DNA of 64,000 nucleotides from Botryllus schlosseri. Lineage: Eukaryota. The stretch is taken from positions 37,450,001-37,514,000 of the forward strand of contig CM119372.1 in assembly GCA_051294905.1 (NCBI GenBank), given 5' to 3'. A model generated the notes under the pieces. It saw nothing but the letters and a program-made list of their open reading frames with translations, did no database searches and had not been told where the DNA came from. A program made the translations under genes and the position numbers. Below, one piece after another: positions 40,041 to 53,346 of the stretch (within the stretch, counting starts at the first letter, position 1; each line of letters opens with the position of its first letter).

Positions 40041-40737
40041 CAGGGGTGGCCAAACTTTTCGGCTACAGGGCCAAATGAAATTGACGAACGGATGCGCTGC
40101 CCACTAGCCGCGCCAGGCGCGTAAAATTTTCAAAGATAATATTAATATTACTTGGGTATATTGCGGGTCGACTGTATACCGCCCGCTCGGCTCAGTTTGC
40201 AAGGACAGGACTATTCGGCATCTGGACATATCGATATCGAAGTTTTCCGCTAATATACGACACGCGTTTTGTGCCTACATTTCATCGTCGACGATCTTTC
40301 TGCGAGCGCAAACGCGAAAATACTTTCTCTCGTAATTACGAATATAGTTAGACTCAATCGGCTAAATCAGGCGTTTTTTCATTTTCAGGTGGGGGTAGGC
40401 TACAAAACAAGAAATCGTGTGACAATTAAACACGCGAAGCATGAAGAAAAACTTTACTACTTTTTTAGTTTATTGTAATGTACGACGATTTACAAAAAAT
40501 GTGACTGGACGCTGGATCTGCCAATGCGTCGGAACTGATATTTTAGTCATCAACATCCTAAGTGTCGCGGCCAGACTAATCATATTTTTGGTTGGCCTTG
40601 CGAGTTCACAATCTGAGCAATACAATTTCGATAATATAACAGAATTTTGATAATATAATGCGAAATTAACTCGCGGGCTACTCAAAACCTTCTCGCGGGT
40701 CACATATGGCCCGCAGGCCGCGGGTTGCCCACCCCTG
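40041..40737. mobile_element. hAT MITE
   Basis: CAGGGGTGG TIR, perfect TSD ATATAGAC. Confidence 0.88.
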
Positions 40738-41874
40738 ATATAGACAGACACCTTCGATAGTTTTCAGAGCCGGAGCTGGAGCCGGAGCAGTGGTAATAAT
40801 GCGGTTCCGGAGCTGGAGCCGGAGCCCTGGTTGTTGGCTGGTAGTTATTTAGTTACAAAAGTCATGCTCATGCATAAAGATTCTGGCCGTATCCGAAAAA
40901 GTGCTGATACGGCTCCGATCCCGTCCGGCCAGAATTGAATAAAATTCGGCCGGATATCAAGTCCGGCTTCGGGTCATGCTCCTCACTAATACTTACCCAA
41001 AGTACATCCAGCTGCATGAACAAACGATTAGGCACAATAAATGCTAGGATCTAATCATACCCAGTTTACCATACCAATGCTTATTGTATTTTGATGTCCC
41101 ATATGCGTTTGGCACCGTCGCTACAACAATTTCATGCCTTTCACATTCTTAGCAGGGGTAATCAAAGTAACGACTTGCCAAATGTGACTGATGACTAGGG
41201 CCATTTTTATATGACCTTAAAAAATAAAAAATTATTATTATTATTACACGGGTATTACAGTGACGCTTATCGCCGTTTAGGCCTTGTGCGTCACGACACA
41301 GATATAGGTACAGTACAGTTTCATGGTACAGTTCAGATTCATCGTACAGTCAGTATCTTGAACATCATGCATTGCTTTCTCGTTGGACGACTTTCAATCA
41401 GCACATTCACTCTTTGAAACAACTAGTGGTTATAATACTAATTCTGGTGTCATTCTAATCTAACTTAGCAAAGGTGTATTTGTCGTGCTGTCCAAGTCTG
41501 ATTGAAATTGATGTGGTGTGTGACAAGTATGCTGCAATTGTTTGATTTTATTCTTGCAGTGGTCCTGTTATACTGTGCATTACTTCGTTGTCTTGCATCT
41601 CATCATTCACCCGACGTGATGGTGTCCGCGTAAACTAAAAATATTTCAAGCTTTTGAAAGCGGCGTAGTGTTTGTCAAGTATGCCGCAATTCTGTTTTAC
41701 TATAGTAATGGCACTGTTTTATTTTGCATTATACCCTTGACTTGCATTGTTTCATAGACAATAGTGTCATTGTCAACTATAATTATTTAATGCTGTTGAA
41801 AACGACATGGATTGTGTCAAGTTTACCACATTTCTTTATTTTTACTGTAGCAATGGTCCTGTTATATTGTAAAT

Positions 41875-42285
41875 TCATTTCGACCATTAGTGGCATCGGT
41901 CGTGTACACCAGGTTATTTAGTAATCAATTTCGACCACTAGTGGCATCGGTCGTGTAGACCAGGTTATTTAGTAATTCATTTCGACCACTCGTGGCATCG
42001 GTCGTGTACACCAAGTTATTTAGTAATTCATTTCGACCACTAGTGGCATCGGTCGTGTACGCCAGATTATTTAGTAATTCATTTCGAACACTACTGGGAG
42101 CGGTCGTGTGTGCCAGATTATTTAGTAATTCATTTCGAACACTACTGGGAGCGGTCGTGTACACCAGGTTATTCAGTATTTCGTTCCGACCACTACTGGC
42201 ATATGTCGTGTACGCCAGGTTATTTATTAATTCATTTCCACCACCACTGGCATAGGTCGTGTACGCCAGATTATTTAATGATCCA
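41875..42285. repeat. 51-bp minisatellite, about 8 units
   Basis: TTATTTAGTAATTCATTTCGACCACTAGTGGCATCGGTCGTGTACACCAGG units, no unique spacers. Confidence 0.9.
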
Positions 42286-42615
42286 TTTCAAGAGCTGCAG
42301 GGAGCTGTCATGTTTCTACTCGTACAAATGTTTTCACTGTTTATTGAAATATACGGCAATATCTTTACTGTAGTAGCAATCGCGGATGGTCACAAGTGCT
42401 TCAAGTAAATTTTGCCTGCTGGCTCTACTTCCTCAAGTGATTATGGTTTTAGACAACTTCTACTCCCACTTGACAGTTTTCAGTTTTTACTTACTTGTAA
42501 ATTCCTACTGCTAATTCCACTTGACTACTTCTTACTTCTAATTCTGATTGAGTACCGACGGTGACTACTTTGACCATTTCTGTTAGTTGTTGCTAAGAAA
42601 TGCCAGGTTGTAAAG

Positions 42616-44129
42616 CAGAGGTCTCAAACACGCGACCCGCGGGCAGCCTGCGACCCGCGACGACATTTTGGAATTTCAAGTATTCAACTAGATATAAAAG
42701 TGCCATATCTCATTTTTACTATGAAAATCACTTAAATCTCAACAACCTTCACTATCACATCACTTTTAAAAGCTGCCTTGCGATAGAAGGTCAGCTATTA
42801 CGACACATTTCTAGTTCATGATGATAAAACATGACTCGTTGATGATTCGCGACTGAAAATTGTGATTTGGTTTGGTGCGACCCTCTCGCAAAATTACTCG
42901 ATTTTGGATTGGCTGCTGGGTGATTAAATAAAAATGACTGGAGTTGGGTCGGGTCAAACGTTAAAATCAGAATAGGACATGCGACTCGAAACGGTGACTT
43001 GGTAATCCTACGGACGCAACAATCTATGAAAATGTCATGAGTAATATTAATAAATCATAAGGTAGTGGCTTGCGTTGCTTAGGGTATATAGCTATATATA
43101 ATCAGGTCAGTATGGCAACCATTGGCATTCTGAGACCCCCGTGACGTATAGCTGGTTATATGCTTCGGGTGTTGTTTGTTCTCTTTATCCATGTTATTAT
43201 CGGAGGCGAGTAAGATAGTAGTACGCTCTATAGCTGTCACACCAATGAATTCTTCGCTGATTAGACATTTCTATTCCAGGGGTTCTTAACCAGGGTCCGT
43301 AGACCTCATCGGGGTACGAAGCTCCACATGAGGATGTACTAGATGCATTGTGAAATTATAAGGCCTATATGCGGTGGAATATTCTCTTGGCCAATTTATT
43401 CTACTGGAGAATAATCTTCGCGCTAGGCGCGATTTTATGTGAATGGGCTTTCTGCTTTTAATATCGGTACCATCAGAAATTGTGTTGAAAATGGAGAGGG
43501 GCTACATGAAATCTTATTGGAAGCACAAGGGGTACGATCGTTAAAATGGTTAAGAAGCAATGCTATTACTATGACTCAATAATGATTATAATCAGGTTGT
43601 TATTGATATGTTCCAATAATATTCGAAGGCAAAATTTAACGCTGACTTATTTTGACTTTGGCAGAGATAGTTAATAGCCTATACTTATCACGACTATATC
43701 AAAACCAGGATTAGGCTACACCGCTCCAATGCTCTGACATCAGATCAATCTTCAGTGTATTTTAAAATATTCTACATAAGATTATGGCTCGTCAAAGGTC
43801 CACTAGCTGCAATATTATAACCCTACAGCTTTTACGATGTCATAATGCATCCTCTCGCATGATGTCTATAACTCTTTATTTAAAAAATTATGCCCGGCAC
43901 AAAAACAATTTTATTCAAATATTTGAAAATGTGATTTTTTACGTGTAATGCGTGAATAATACAATAGTAAATTATATTTCCACTATGTTTGTGGAATGCC
44001 AAGGTCCCGTCAAATAAGGCTTACTTGGAAATTATACATTGAATATCTCTATTATATATATATATATCCCGCGGCATCATCAAAAGCTAGGAAACTGGCC
44101 CGCGAGCACATTTGAGTTGGAGACCTCTG
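42616..44129. mobile_element. 1.5-kb hAT element, inverted copy of 8404-9909
   Basis: TSD TTGTAAAG/TTCTAAAG; colinear reverse-complement similarity along its length. Confidence 0.88.
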
Positions 44130-44467
44130 TTCTAAAGCTTGAGCTGTCGCAGAATACGATTGGCATCAACGACATGCATCGCGCCTGACTGAACTGCAAT
44201 TTAATTTACTGCATTCTTACTGCATAACTGCCAACTGCGTGTTGATTATTAACTGGCGTCGTACGAACCTCATTATACAATACTCATAAAGACGATTTTC
44301 CCGCCAAATCATAATTTTGCAATATATAGTGTTGCTGCACACACCAGAGAGTCACACCACGAGGTAAGGCGCACTTCATCAAATAATAAGACATCTTTGA
44401 CTATAATTTTTTCACTCAACTGCAACTACTGAATCACCTCTAAAACGACGAAACTAACATCATTAAT

Positions 44468-45174
44468 TCATTCACTATTGACATCATTATTTATTATATG
44501 AAGACTACATGTAATTTCTGTTGTACGTTCAGTTGTCTGTCCAGGTATATTTTACATTTGTTCCGTCGTTTGTCAATTCGTTTTCTGGGAGCGTTGCTTT
44601 ATCCTCCGTGTGATTCAGTGTCGAAATATTGCTCCGTTCGTTCTATGAAAATACGCATGACAAAGGCTCTGATTCCGCTATATTCTAGGTGCCAAGAATC
44701 CCTTAATTGCGATGAATTATCCCAGAAAATATATGCTTTTTATTGAAGATATCAGCAATACTGCCGCAGCTTCCGCGACGAATCACATGTTGTAATTGTC
44801 GGCTTGTGTATTGATATCAATATGGTCTTGTGAAACCACCATATATAAGCATATATAAGTTCAAAAATGATTGTATTATTTGATTCTCTTACCGTCATCA
44901 CCTTGCCTTTGCAGAATACCACGTTTTCTTCTTCTTCCCCATGGTGATTGTTGTCGTGTATCTACACTACAAAACATAAACATGAACCCTTTTATAGAAT
45001 ATATACCGATCATGGGTGATTTCTAATTAGAAGTGAGATTCCACATATCACAAATTACTTGCATGACATGTCAAGACCGTGTCAAGGAAGATTAACTGAT
45101 AACGATTCGGATGACATGGTGGGACATTACACGAAAAGCAACAAATGCACTATTGGAAGTATGGCGTGCACCAT
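44468..45174 (-). pseudogene. two-exon FGF-like pseudogene F5
   Basis: Leader exon 45174-45059 (MVHAILPIVHLLLFV*..., phase-2 donor) and exon 44966-44468 in one frame with about 8 stops: SPWGRRRKRGILQRQ..RIK*Y...FVAE...FIAIKG...FRH*ITRR...KTN*QTTEQ...LHII..SE*; clear paralog of F8. Confidence 0.55.
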
Positions 45175-45399
45175 TTTTGTTATATTGCTCTCCAGCAGTG
45201 GTTCTCAACCTTTTTGTGTTCGCGGAACCCTTTCGGACCATCACGGACCCCTGTGGCCCCAATAAGTTTTAATTCAAATTTAGGTCAATTGTCGTGCAGC
45301 CGTCATCTGTCTGTGCAAATAATAACTGTCGGCTTCTGATGAACAGCAACATCATAATATATGTAGAAATTGAGTAGACCTTTATTATTATAAAGCGAA

Positions 45400-45830
45400 T
45401 CATGCAGCAGCATTTCTTCAAATACGAGGTCGCGTCTTCAAAATTGATTTGATATGAACGAGTTTCGAAAATCCATTTCCACAAAGATATATGGTGGCGA
45501 AAGTAATATTAACGCGTAACGCTTCCGACGACTCCTTTGAGTGTGATCGTAACATATCTGGCACCAAAATTAAGAAACGGATTTCTTACCGAACATATCG
45601 CTACAGCCAAGTCATCACTGTCTGCCAGCTTATCTTGAAGGTATTCTCTTTATTTGGACAGATTAGGTAAAACTTCGGGAATGCTTATATTGCAATAGAA
45701 AGCTCACTAATTACTGAGACTGACAACTTGTAATCCAAAATGTTTTGCAAACATTCGAATTCAGCCTTATTGTCCTTACTACTCCAAATTTTGAGTTTTT
45801 TTTCAAACCTCCAACAAAACATCTTTAAAC
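45400..45830 (-). pseudogene. Charlie/Buster-type hAT transposase remnant (C-terminal dimerisation region)
   Basis: KLKIWSSKDNKAEFEC and ALRVNITFATIYLCGNGFSKLVHIKS (cf. PFxTTYLCExGFS); CAGTGGTTCTCAACC TIR at 45196. Confidence 0.75.
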
Positions 45831-46289
45831 AGCACTATGTTTGCATCAGTAGGCTAAGGGAAATTATAGAGGATTTTGTGGGAGAATTCCAAAAATGTTA
45901 GTTGCGCCAGGCACGATTCAATTTATTTAGATGTCTACTTTTAGTATGGATACCCTCAGCGCGAAAGTAAAAATACGCATCATTTATAAAATAAAAAGAC
46001 ATGTCAGCGCCGGGTATTCCCGCTCCACGACACCTCAAGACTTCTGATTTTTGTCAACATGAGACTTAAAGAACTGTGTTACCAAATAGAACCTTAGGTG
46101 AAAACGACAGCCGCATGTTCGCCGAAACCGTCATATGTAATTGCCAAATATCAATTTTCCACAGGCTCAGAATAGTTCTGAGTATGCTATCTGAAGTCAC
46201 CACTTCCCTTAGTCCTACCAGGCTAACCTGATTGCGTGGACTGACAGACAATGAAAAATTATTAGCAATAATATAAGATCAAATCCAAT

Positions 46290-47866
46290 CCTCAATAGGA
46301 AATTTTCTCGCGCACTCCGCGAGTACAGTCACGGATACATATATTTAGTATATCTGTAAAACGTGCTTTTGTCGTAGTGGTAAATGAAAGGGCCCGTCGT
46401 AAAGGGCCCCCGTAAGTCGGGTTTATGATCCTGTGGGAGTCCAAGTGTAACGTTTTTGTTGGGTGGGCTGACGAAGTGCGGTTTCGGCCCTGATTCCATA
46501 AGCGAGTGAAACTGAAAATACGCTCAATAAAGCACATGACAAAGTATCTGGTAATGAATTCGACTTATACCCTGATCAATGTGATCATACGTCGTTTACA
46601 GCCCGAAGTGACGCCTCTGATTGTGCATCACGTCAGAAAATAAGGTATCACCCACCACGTGACTTAGTGGTACGTTAATACTACTGGGGTAGAATTCAGA
46701 ATCAGGATCCCTCCCTAACTGTTTGAGGTTTACATGATAGGCTAATCATCACCATCGGATCCGCATAGTCCTAAAAAGCCCAAAACGAAATTCCACCTTG
46801 CGATAGCCAGACAGCTCAGATGTTATCGATAACAGAGCCATAAATAGGCCTATCGAACGAACAACAACGATAGCCCACATCGCGTAAGACTGAAAAATCC
46901 TTATGGTCCGTTTAAAATGTCCAGCAGCCTAGCATATACAGTAGGGCTATTCAAAAATAACTTTTTTTTCCGGATTCCAGCCATTCAGTGATTAAATCGT
47001 CAGGTTACCTTAAAAAACGCTGCACACCAAATTTGGTTCAATTCTAACAAGTATAGGGCTCCGCGGATCCAATTAAAATTTTTAATTTATACAGGAAAAT
47101 TGAAAAAAAAAATTTTTCAAATTTTTCTGTCAACCCCATGAAATTGTTGAGCTGTCTTCAGAGACGATGCAAATAAAATTTGACTCAATTCGGACTAGTA
47201 GAAGTGGAGTTATTGGAGTTTTTCGTTGATAATTCTCCAATTATCCTTGATTGGTGGATAATCCGAGAATTATCAACGAAAAACTCAAATAACTCCGTTT
47301 CTACTGGTTGGAATTGACTCAAATTTCATTTGCATGGTCTTTGAAGACATCTCAACATTTTCATGGGGTTGAGAGAAAAATTTGAAATTTTTTTTTTTTT
47401 TAATTTTACGTATTAAATTAAAAATTTTAATTGGCTCTGCGGACGCTTAAACATGTTCGAATTGAACCAAATTTGGTGTGCAGCCTTTGTTGTAGCAACC
47501 TGACAATTTAATCAGTGAATGGCTGGAATCAGGAAAAAAAAGTTATTTTTGAACAGCCCTAATATACAGTCTGAAACTTGTAGGCAAAGACAGGGATGGC
47601 TTATCGTGAACATATATTGAATTGATCATTCCCTAGTCACATTTCCGAGATTCAACATAGTGAAACAATAACTGACAATGCCAGAAAAGATGATTGTCCA
47701 TCCAACCCGAGGGCATTTCCTATTTGGAGGAAGTTTGAAGGTTTGCGAAATCACACAATGCTGACCTGCTCTGTCGACTCGTCGCCCCTACAATCTGATT
47801 GTTGGTCTTCGGTTTCGCCGATACAAGGATGACACACATCAAAATAATGAGAAGCTTCACGTTCAT
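46290..47866 (-). pseudogene. signal-peptide gene remnant F6 (FGF-like family), MITE-interrupted
   Basis: MNVKLLIILMCVILVSAKP leader with AG|GTCAGC donor at 47765, upstream acceptor at 47908 and a 5-prime exon donor at 48101; downstream PCLCL, CFIERI, RRALSFT fragments; paralog of F9. Confidence 0.45.
46942..47561. mobile_element. 620-bp almost fully palindromic hAT MITE
   Basis: TAGGGCT(A/G)TTCAAAAATAAC TIR extending about 290 bp, perfect TSD ATATACAG. Confidence 0.9.
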
Positions 47867-48733
47867 AGTCGTTCCTACTCTTCTACAAGAACGATAAAAT
47901 TGCTAGCCTTGAATGAAAATGTCATTTTATACCAATGACAAATAAACAAATGTGAGGCATGTCAGGAGTGGAGACAAACTTAGTGTTTGGATATCCATTG
48001 TCAGTGTCATTATAATATTCCCTCAATTAAATTAGGAAAATTGTACATATTCTCAAAATATTTGTCGAAATCACTTCGTTTTTCGATATGACCGAACATA
48101 CCCTACTGGTAGCGATTACTCCTATCAACGTCACGTCCACATTTTCATGTACGAGACATCAAAGGTGCGCACTGCGGACTGCCCAGTACCCAGTACTTGC
48201 GCCCTCTTAATCAATCGTTGCGGGCTCGTTATATACCTGCACTCTGCAGCTATCAGTACATCAGATCAACAGTCATCACGTGCTCCGACGTGATCACTGA
48301 TCACTTTGCGAATTGGCCGCAAATGGGTAGATAATTGATAAGATCTGCGCATGCCAATGAACTATTACGATATAACAAGACTATATGTTAAACATGCGCC
48401 TCTCATATAGATTATAACCTGATATACGTAGACTGCACCACTTTCATCACCGCCAGCCACATGTTTGTATATCTTTCACGCATAATCATTATTTGCCCAA
48501 TCCATGAATGGTAACTGCCCCTAAATTTTTACTTCCCAAACTGTTTACATAACACCCAAATGGCAACGATCTAAGTAACAAACGCTCCCATATAGCGATC
48601 TAACCCTGACAAAAAGTTTACGAGCTTTGGCGGTTGATCCAATCCGTAGGCATCACGATACACGTTTTGTCTTAGGCACAATTATGTTCAATTATCAGTT
48701 GGCGACCCCATTAGACTCCACTGCTCCAAATTA

Positions 48734-49432
48734 TTAGCAGCCATACCTGAAAGCGGTGTTTGGAGATATGACAACCCTTTTGATTGTACCATTTGAATTT
48801 TGATCGCGCATATGCTGATCTTCAAATTCTCCAGATGCTGATTTCATTACTGTCGTTTTACCCTGATATCTCCTTCCCAAATCGATGTCTCTTGCAAAGC
48901 TCCTCGTATTTCGGGGAATTTTGTGCTAGCTTGGATCGGTCGCGGAAAATGGAAAAGACAATGTTGACTCAGTATTGACACGTACAAATTGTATCAGTTA
49001 ATGAGGAATATTACAAAGGTGTGCAGCAAGTCAAGTTTCCTAAACAAAAATTTCTGATCGAGGACGGGATCTTACAAGAAGATAATTTGTTTCACCGACC
49101 TCTGCTCTGACAGCCCATCCCGTACATACAATCGATTTTAATTGCGATGAATGTAAATTCAGTAACAAATTTATTTGCTTGTCCCTAACTTGAAATATGA
49201 ATGAATTTCAGAGTTGTTTCATAGCCTTTTATCAATATTATTTCGGTGAAACCAAAATCGCTTTCACTTCCACGATACATAACGAGACTTTATAATTTTG
49301 ATGATATCGCTTGACGAACGTAGCATGCCATATCCGATAGGCATCCGACGATTTCAGGAAACGTAGGTATTACTGATTTGGATCTTTGCAATTTGAAGCA
49401 ATCATACATCGTTTTCGTATTTGCAACTAGAC
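48734..49432 (-). pseudogene. decayed FGF-like remnant F7
   Basis: ESDFGFTEIILIKGYETTLKFIHISS*GQ (cf. FGF8/17 [27 protein letters not shown]), KIDCMY, and GRRYQGKTTVMKSASGEF, which has the same spacing as FGF8 GRPRKGSKTRQHQREVHF. Confidence 0.5.
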
Positions 49433-50056
49433 CTAAATAATATACAGTTCCTGGTTTGCCACACCCACAGAATTATTAGCGCATATAGTATTTAGAGATA
49501 GGCGTTTTACTTGGAAAATCACAATTTTACAATACACATAATGATAATCTCTATACTCGGCCGGTGTGCATCTTTTTTCTATCAGGCCCTAATTTAGTCG
49601 TGACGTGGGCGACGAATTCAATTGACTCACGTCAATAGAGTTTATGTATGCATAGAGACTTAGTTTAATCACGAAAATCATCAGTTGCTATACTTAATTC
49701 CGATTTTACCCTGTATTTTCCCGTCACAGGTTTATTTAAATTTATATTGATCGGGGGGGGGGCGAGCAATAATTTGGCTGGGTAATTCGGGTAGATGATT
49801 GGTCAATTTATATAGATATGTTCGAACATAACAGTATCTTCAATGCGCTGTCTGCCTTCCACTCACGATAATGTAACGAACAATTGGTTTTGAGCTTAAT
49901 TACGACAAAGCCGTTTCTCCACTGAATTCGACCAAAACTAAGCGGAACTAAATTGTCCTAATCCAGTGCAGTCGACTGTATATATATTCGTAAACACGAT
50001 GTTATGATCCTACATTGAAGTGCGGAGTCAGAATCGTCACGGGTCCCAATCTAGAA

Positions 50057-50918
50057 GATGGGTGTCAAACTCAACTTGGGTCGGGGCCGAATCAGTCTAA
50101 TGATTCCAAAATGTTACCTAAAAATCCAAACCTTCGTTTTTGACTGGAGTGCGTTTTATCAAGGCTATACATTACAATTTACACAGTAGTCCAATACATT
50201 ATATTACGTATCATAGGGACTCTATTCTAGCATCACCGTTATTGGCTAAAAACGACGATATAATTTGGAATGTTTCTATGCTCTTTGTTTTAATAGTGAT
50301 TGATGCGGTGTCTGCCCTGCGTATTCGCTATGAGATATACAATTTTACTGCTAACATGAATTTTAGAATTTCCAATACATTTTGTATCTTCATTCGGGAT
50401 TCTCTGAAGACCAAGGCTCGGGGCCGCAGCTGAGACCTTTTGGGTCAGAATAAGGTATACGACCAAAGATATTTGAATTACCTTCGCGAAACTATTATAT
50501 TCTCCATTAGCCCAACACATAACGGTTTCGCATTGACACTTTTTCCTTCGTTATCAACTGTTTTTGGTCCAATTTACAGAAACCTCTGAACTGAGTGTGC
50601 ATCACTTCACACCTCCTCAGAATATGGTTTTAATATCACCGACTTGTTCCAAATAGTGTATTAAATAAAAAAATCAGCGCTATTGTCAGTGGTTTGCTGT
50701 CAGGTGGTTATAATGAACATATTCATTGATAATGTTCGACATTTGCTGCCTTACGGAATTATTCACGTCGAAACATTTCACACCAAACATCTAAAATTTT
50801 GTTAAAGATATTCTGGATGAAACAACAATTATTCAATTTCCCAGAATTGCTCCGTGGGCCGGATGAAATCGTCTGGCGGGCCGGATGCAGCCCGATGCCT
50901 GTATGTATGACACCTCTG
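50057..50918. mobile_element. hAT element with faint transposase C-terminal remnant
   Basis: GGTGTCA termini, TSD ATCTAGAA/CTCTAGAA; TLFGTS fragment on minus near 50650. Confidence 0.6.
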
Positions 50919-51152
50919 CTCTAGAATCTCAACTCCGGAATATAGCTCCATTCGAGCGGAGCTTTCACACCAGACTCGAGTGGATCTTCGCAAGATCTCT
51001 CAGGGTTTCGAACACCCTAGTATGGAAACTGGATATACGCAAATCTGGTAAAATGAGTCGGAGCATTCGGTTACTATGAAGTGTCAGTAGCAGGGTTATT
51101 TTCAAACTAAAAAGTGAAAACGGGAAATGAAATCAAAATGTACGCACAAGGC

Positions 51153-53346
51153 TAGGGGCGGGCAACTTCTTCATTCGGCGGGCCGGATATGGGGAAATGA
51201 AGTACTTTGTGGCAGGACTTTGGATCCGGAGCAAGGAGCCGGAGCCCCGAAGCCGTGCATTTTCAGCGGAGCCGGAGATTGAGCAGCTTCTAGGAGCCGG
51301 CTTCGACGTATTTTATAAGATGCTATGCCTTTACTGATGGCTGAATTCACATAATTTTACGATAATCAAAAAATTGAGAATTGTTGCCTCGTTGCACCAC
51401 ATTTTCTAACTAACAAGTAGCCATTTTTAATTGTTTATACAAATGCGCCAAACCTGGGTAGGCTGGATTTGTAATTACTGTGAGATGACCAATATACCCA
51501 ATTAGTATTGAGACGAATATATATGCGACGTCATAAGATATAACCACGACATTGCTGCACAGTGCACATGTTGATTTATAGATGCGCATGCCGCACGCCG
51601 AGAAACATTGTATCCTTTCTGAATTGGACAAGCAAATTCACGGACTTCGTTGATAGTTTTTTTAATCGTAGCGCCAAATTGGATAGTGCGTTATCGTTTT
51701 TGCCTATGAATAGAAATTCATTCAAGCGCACGATCGTTTACTCCAGTAACGATTTGCGAACGTAAATAGGAAAATCATCGAAGCAACCCAGATCGCTATT
51801 ATAGTCCGCATAGCCTACAATTGCCGCGATGCGGGCTAGTAAATACGGTGATCAACACCCTGCCCTGGTGTTGAATATAAGAGGGCAATTGGTAATTGGA
51901 TGCGCGCTTTCCAATTTCTAAGCATCAATTTTGTGTAATCATTCTTGTCTGCTTGATACACTCGTATTCTTGAATTCTCGCGCAATGTCACTTGCGAGAT
52001 TGCAGTATAATTGGTTACTGACCTGTACAGTGCACGACATTGAATTTAGTTTCCCAAATATTGACGCACTACCAGATTGTCAGTGTCACTAATTTCGAGT
52101 TTATTCGATTCGGTTGAAGGTGAACCTTCTATAATCCACTAAACTTGATCGACGACGGACGGACTTGTAACAAGCGCACCAATATCGAATTTGAAGCCAT
52201 TGGGTATATTTGGTAAAAAGTGGATTTCTGCTGATAAGGTGGCAACATGCGCTCATTTCTGCAGTTACATCTGAACAAATCGCATTATTTCAAGATTATA
52301 TCGGACTGTATGGCTTGGTATTAACGAGCGCAACACCGGTATTGAAACATCACCTCACTGTTTTAATGCTGTATCATGTGTACAATGTGCAATTGTGCAT
52401 GCAATGGCATGGAGTAAATTGCATTCTCGCGCGGATCTAGCGTCATCGACAGACTACACGAAGTAAATATTACGACAAAGGACTTTGCATATCCCCACAA
52501 TATGATGATTCCTTGCGACGGCTACAACAGAACCATATTTGCCGGAGCCGGAGCTGGAGCCGGAAGAGTGGTATCAATGAGCTCCGGATCTTAAAGCCGG
52601 AGCTAATTCATTATAGAAGAGAGCTCCGGAGCTGGAGCAGTTTAAAATTTGCGATTACTCCAAAGCCCTTCTGTGAGCCGGATTCCTGAATAGATACATT
52701 AAACGCGTATTTATCCACCTATACAAGGATTAATCGTCGTAAATTTTAATGAATTTAATAATGTAATGTATTTTAATAGCTGTTGACGTCAATGAGACAT
52801 CTATGGTTGATCAAAGTGGTGAACAAGTTCTTTGAAGTCTGGCTGCATATGTCACACACAAAAAAAAAATGACTTAAGAATAATTAAAATTCACTATTAT
52901 TTGTATCCGAAAAAACAATGAATAACCCACAGTCACTATAATTTGGCGTAGTGAGCAAGTAGTGAAGAACTGCGACAGATTGTGACCGCGGGCCGTATGT
53001 TGGGCACCCCCGGTATAATGTATTTTATGCGAACTAGGGGTAGGGATATTTTCCATATTTACCAAGATATTAATTTATTACGGTGGAGTACATGCGTAGA
53101 TGACGGTAATGCAAGCCTTTTCGAGTGGACGAACTTACGCAGCACTCACTCACACACACACACACACTCTCACTCTCTCTCTCGCACTCTCTCTCACACA
53201 CACACACACACGATAAAGAATAACCTGCAGGCACTATCATTTGACGTAATAAGCAAGTGGTGTGGGACTTCGGCAGACCATGGCCGCGGGCCACATTATC
53301 ATGTGCGACCGGATACGGTCCGCGGGACGTATGTTGCCCGTCCCTG
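51153..53346. mobile_element. hAT MITE hosting a GGAGCC element (51213-52670) and a CA/CT microsatellite
   Basis: (T/C)AGGG(G/A)CGGGCAAC TIR, TSD CACAAGGC/CACAAGAC. Confidence 0.75.
53143..53212. repeat. compound (CA)n/(CT)n microsatellite
   Basis: Seen directly. Confidence 0.9.

Larger units (their letters stand above)
36730..40829. mobile_element. hAT element with GGAGCC subterminal repeats
   Basis: CAGGGCT TIR, perfect TSD GTTGTTGG; sister copy at 51213-52670. Confidence 0.85.
36497..40988. mobile_element. outer hAT MITE of a nested stack
   Basis: T(C/A)GTG(C/A)GGAGC termini, TCCGG-rich arms, TSD GTACTTAC/ATACTTAC. Confidence 0.7.

Noticed and set aside
41875..42285. CRISPR-like array
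   Set aside because: Units are contiguous with no unique spacers, there are no cas genes, and the context is eukaryotic.
46090..46330. GDNF/TGF-beta-like ending (SA..CGCR), also suggested near 59430-59530
   Set aside because: Needs several frameshifts and lacks the full cystine-knot pattern; the 59.5-kb segment fits FGF CxFxE better.
44966..47766. Splicing of the F6 leader to the F5 exon (phases match), i.e. a shared-leader cassette system
   Set aside because: F5 has its own phase-2 leader exon at 45174-45059, so separate genes are the simpler reading; only transcripts could revive this idea.
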